Shown piece by piece: positions 62,784-64,000 of a stretch of 64,000 nucleotides of DNA (position 1 is its first letter; every line of letters begins with the position of its first letter). The stretch covers positions 448,001-512,000 of the forward strand of contig CAWGAA010000003.1 of NCBI GenBank assembly GCA_963820525.1. The letters run 5' to 3'. This DNA comes from an uncultured Spirochaetota bacterium (GTDB lineage Bacteria > Spirochaetota > Spirochaetia > SZUA-6 > Fen-1364). The notes below the pieces were generated by a model that saw nothing but the letters and a program-made list of their open reading frames with translations, did no database searches and had not been told where the DNA came from. Both the position numbers and the translations under genes were made by a program.

Positions 62784-63749
62784 ATGGAGATCGAGGAGAT
62801 CACGATCGGGAAGCTCAATGCGGGGCATTTCATCGAAGAGAAGGTGCGGGAGATCGCCCAGACCGTCGGAGAAGGATACGCCGTCAACGCTCTGTCCGGC
62901 GGCGTTGACTCTTCCGTTGTGACCATGTTGGGCCACCGGGCCCTGGGAAAGCGATTGAAGACCTACTTCATCCAGAACGGGATCATGCGTGAAGGGGAGC
63001 CCGAAAGCATCGTCCGCGTTTTCAAGGGGCTTGGCGTCGAGGTCGAGGTTGTGGACGCCAGCCGGAAGTTCTTTGCCGCCTTCAAGGGCGTCACCGATCC
63101 GGAAGAGAAGCGGGAAGCGGTGACCCAGACCTTCTACAAGACCGTGTTCGGGCCGCTGGTGAAGAAGAGCAGGGCACGGTTCCTCCTGCAGGGCACGAAT
63201 TACACCGACGTGGAGGAAACGGTGGCCGGTGTGAAGCGCCAGCACAACATCCTGGCCCAGCTGGGCATCGACACGAAGAAGGAGTTCGGCTACGCGGTTC
63301 TGGAACCGATCGTCCAGCTCAGAAAAACCGGCGTCCGAAGAGTAGCCCGGGCGCTGGGCCTGCCGCGGGAGATTTCCGAGCGGCCTCCGTTCCCTGGGCC
63401 GGCACTTGCCGCGCGCGTGATCGGCGAGGTGACGCCGGAGCGTGTTTCCGTTGTTCGGGCGGCAACACAGATCGTGGAGGAGGAGCTTCGTGGAAGCCGC
63501 GCCTTCCAATACCTCGCCATCCTCCACCAGGACCTGGTGACGGGCGTTCGGGACGGCAAGCGCAGCTTCGGCATGCAGATCGAGGTGCGCTGCTGGAATT
63601 CGACGGACGCGGTGATCGCAGCCCCCACGCGCCTTCCTTTCCGAGTTCTGGAGCGCCTGGCCGAAAGAATCGTCTCGGAGGTGAATGGCGTGGTGAGCGT
63701 CACCTACAACGTCACCCGAAAGCCGCCCTCGACGATCGAGGCGGTGTAG
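62784..63749 (+). CDS. GMP synthase ATP-pyrophosphatase subunit (no glutaminase domain)
   Basis: LSGGVDSSV, DPEEKR, QGTNYTD, KRQHN, PFPGPALA and KPPSTIE; 321 aa. Confidence 0.88.
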   Translation: MEIEEITIGKLNAGHFIEEKVREIAQTVGEGYAVNALSGGVDSSVVTMLGHRALGKRLKTYFIQNGIMREGEPESIVRVFKGLGVEVEVVDASRKFFAAFKGVTDPEEKREAVTQTFYKTVFGPLVKKSRARFLLQGTNYTDVEETVAGVKRQHNILAQLGIDTKKEFGYAVLEPIVQLRKTGVRRVARALGLPREISERPPFPGPALAARVIGEVTPERVSVVRAATQIVEEELRGSRAFQYLAILHQDLVTGVRDGKRSFGMQIEVRCWNSTDAVIAAPTRLPFRVLERLAERIVSEVNGVVSVTYNVTRKPPSTIEAV

Positions 63750-63777
63750 GAGGCTGCGCTGGGGGGGCGCTCCCCGG

Positions 63778-64000
63778 TTACGGCAGGATGTTCTCCAATC
63801 CCGCGTAGATTATGACGGCCGGTATCGCGAGTCCGATGACGGCATGGGTGCCGGTATAATAAATCGCCTCGTTATGCCTGCCATTGGCGAGCGCGTCGGT
63901 TTCCAGGAATCCCAGGACGATCTGGGCGGCCATGAGCGAGACATGCGTAAAAAAGGCGTAACGGTGGATATCGCTCTTCTTCAGCTTCCCCGGAGTCGAT
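63778..64000 (-). CDS. Hypothetical membrane protein, 5' part outside window
   Basis: Reverse frame ..IHRYAFFTHVSLMAAQIVLGF..HAVIGLAIPAVIIYAGLENILP*. Confidence 0.65.
   Translation of the reverse strand, partial: STPGKLKKSDIHRYAFFTHVSLMAAQIVLGFLETDALANGRHNEAIYYTGTHAVIGLAIPAVIIYAGLENILP

Overview
GC-rich bacterial chromosome segment, probably from an anaerobic spirochaete (inferred from gene content and protein style, not proven). It has four parts. (1) 1-4.2 kb: the 3' part of eno, a terminator and a sugar ABC transporter. (2) 4.4-16.9 kb: a three-gene block bracketed by a ~158-bp, ~90%-identical direct repeat. It encodes two paralogous secreted beta-barrel-like/transglutaminase-like/TPR proteins, one with and one without the catalytic His, coupled to a ~2250-aa Ig-repeat lipoprotein. 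This is the best candidate for an undescribed surface-display or processing system. (3) ~17.8-37.2 kb: a copper/heavy-metal island with CopA, a cupredoxin, HMA, YHS and DUF2933-like proteins, CsoR, a two-component system, a rhodanese and an FNR-like reductase. Five copies of a palindrome (consensus TACCCCACC-NN-GGTGGGGTA) mark a probable CsoR regulon. (4) 37-64 kb: mostly housekeeping genes (rpiA, rlpA, tRNA-Arg(CCT), MMPL, RACo, nadE, lysA, ddh, carB, GMP synthase ATPPase subunit) with several gene remnants. No CRISPR array, rRNA, integrase or transposase was found. Family assignments come from motif recognition by eye, not from database searches.
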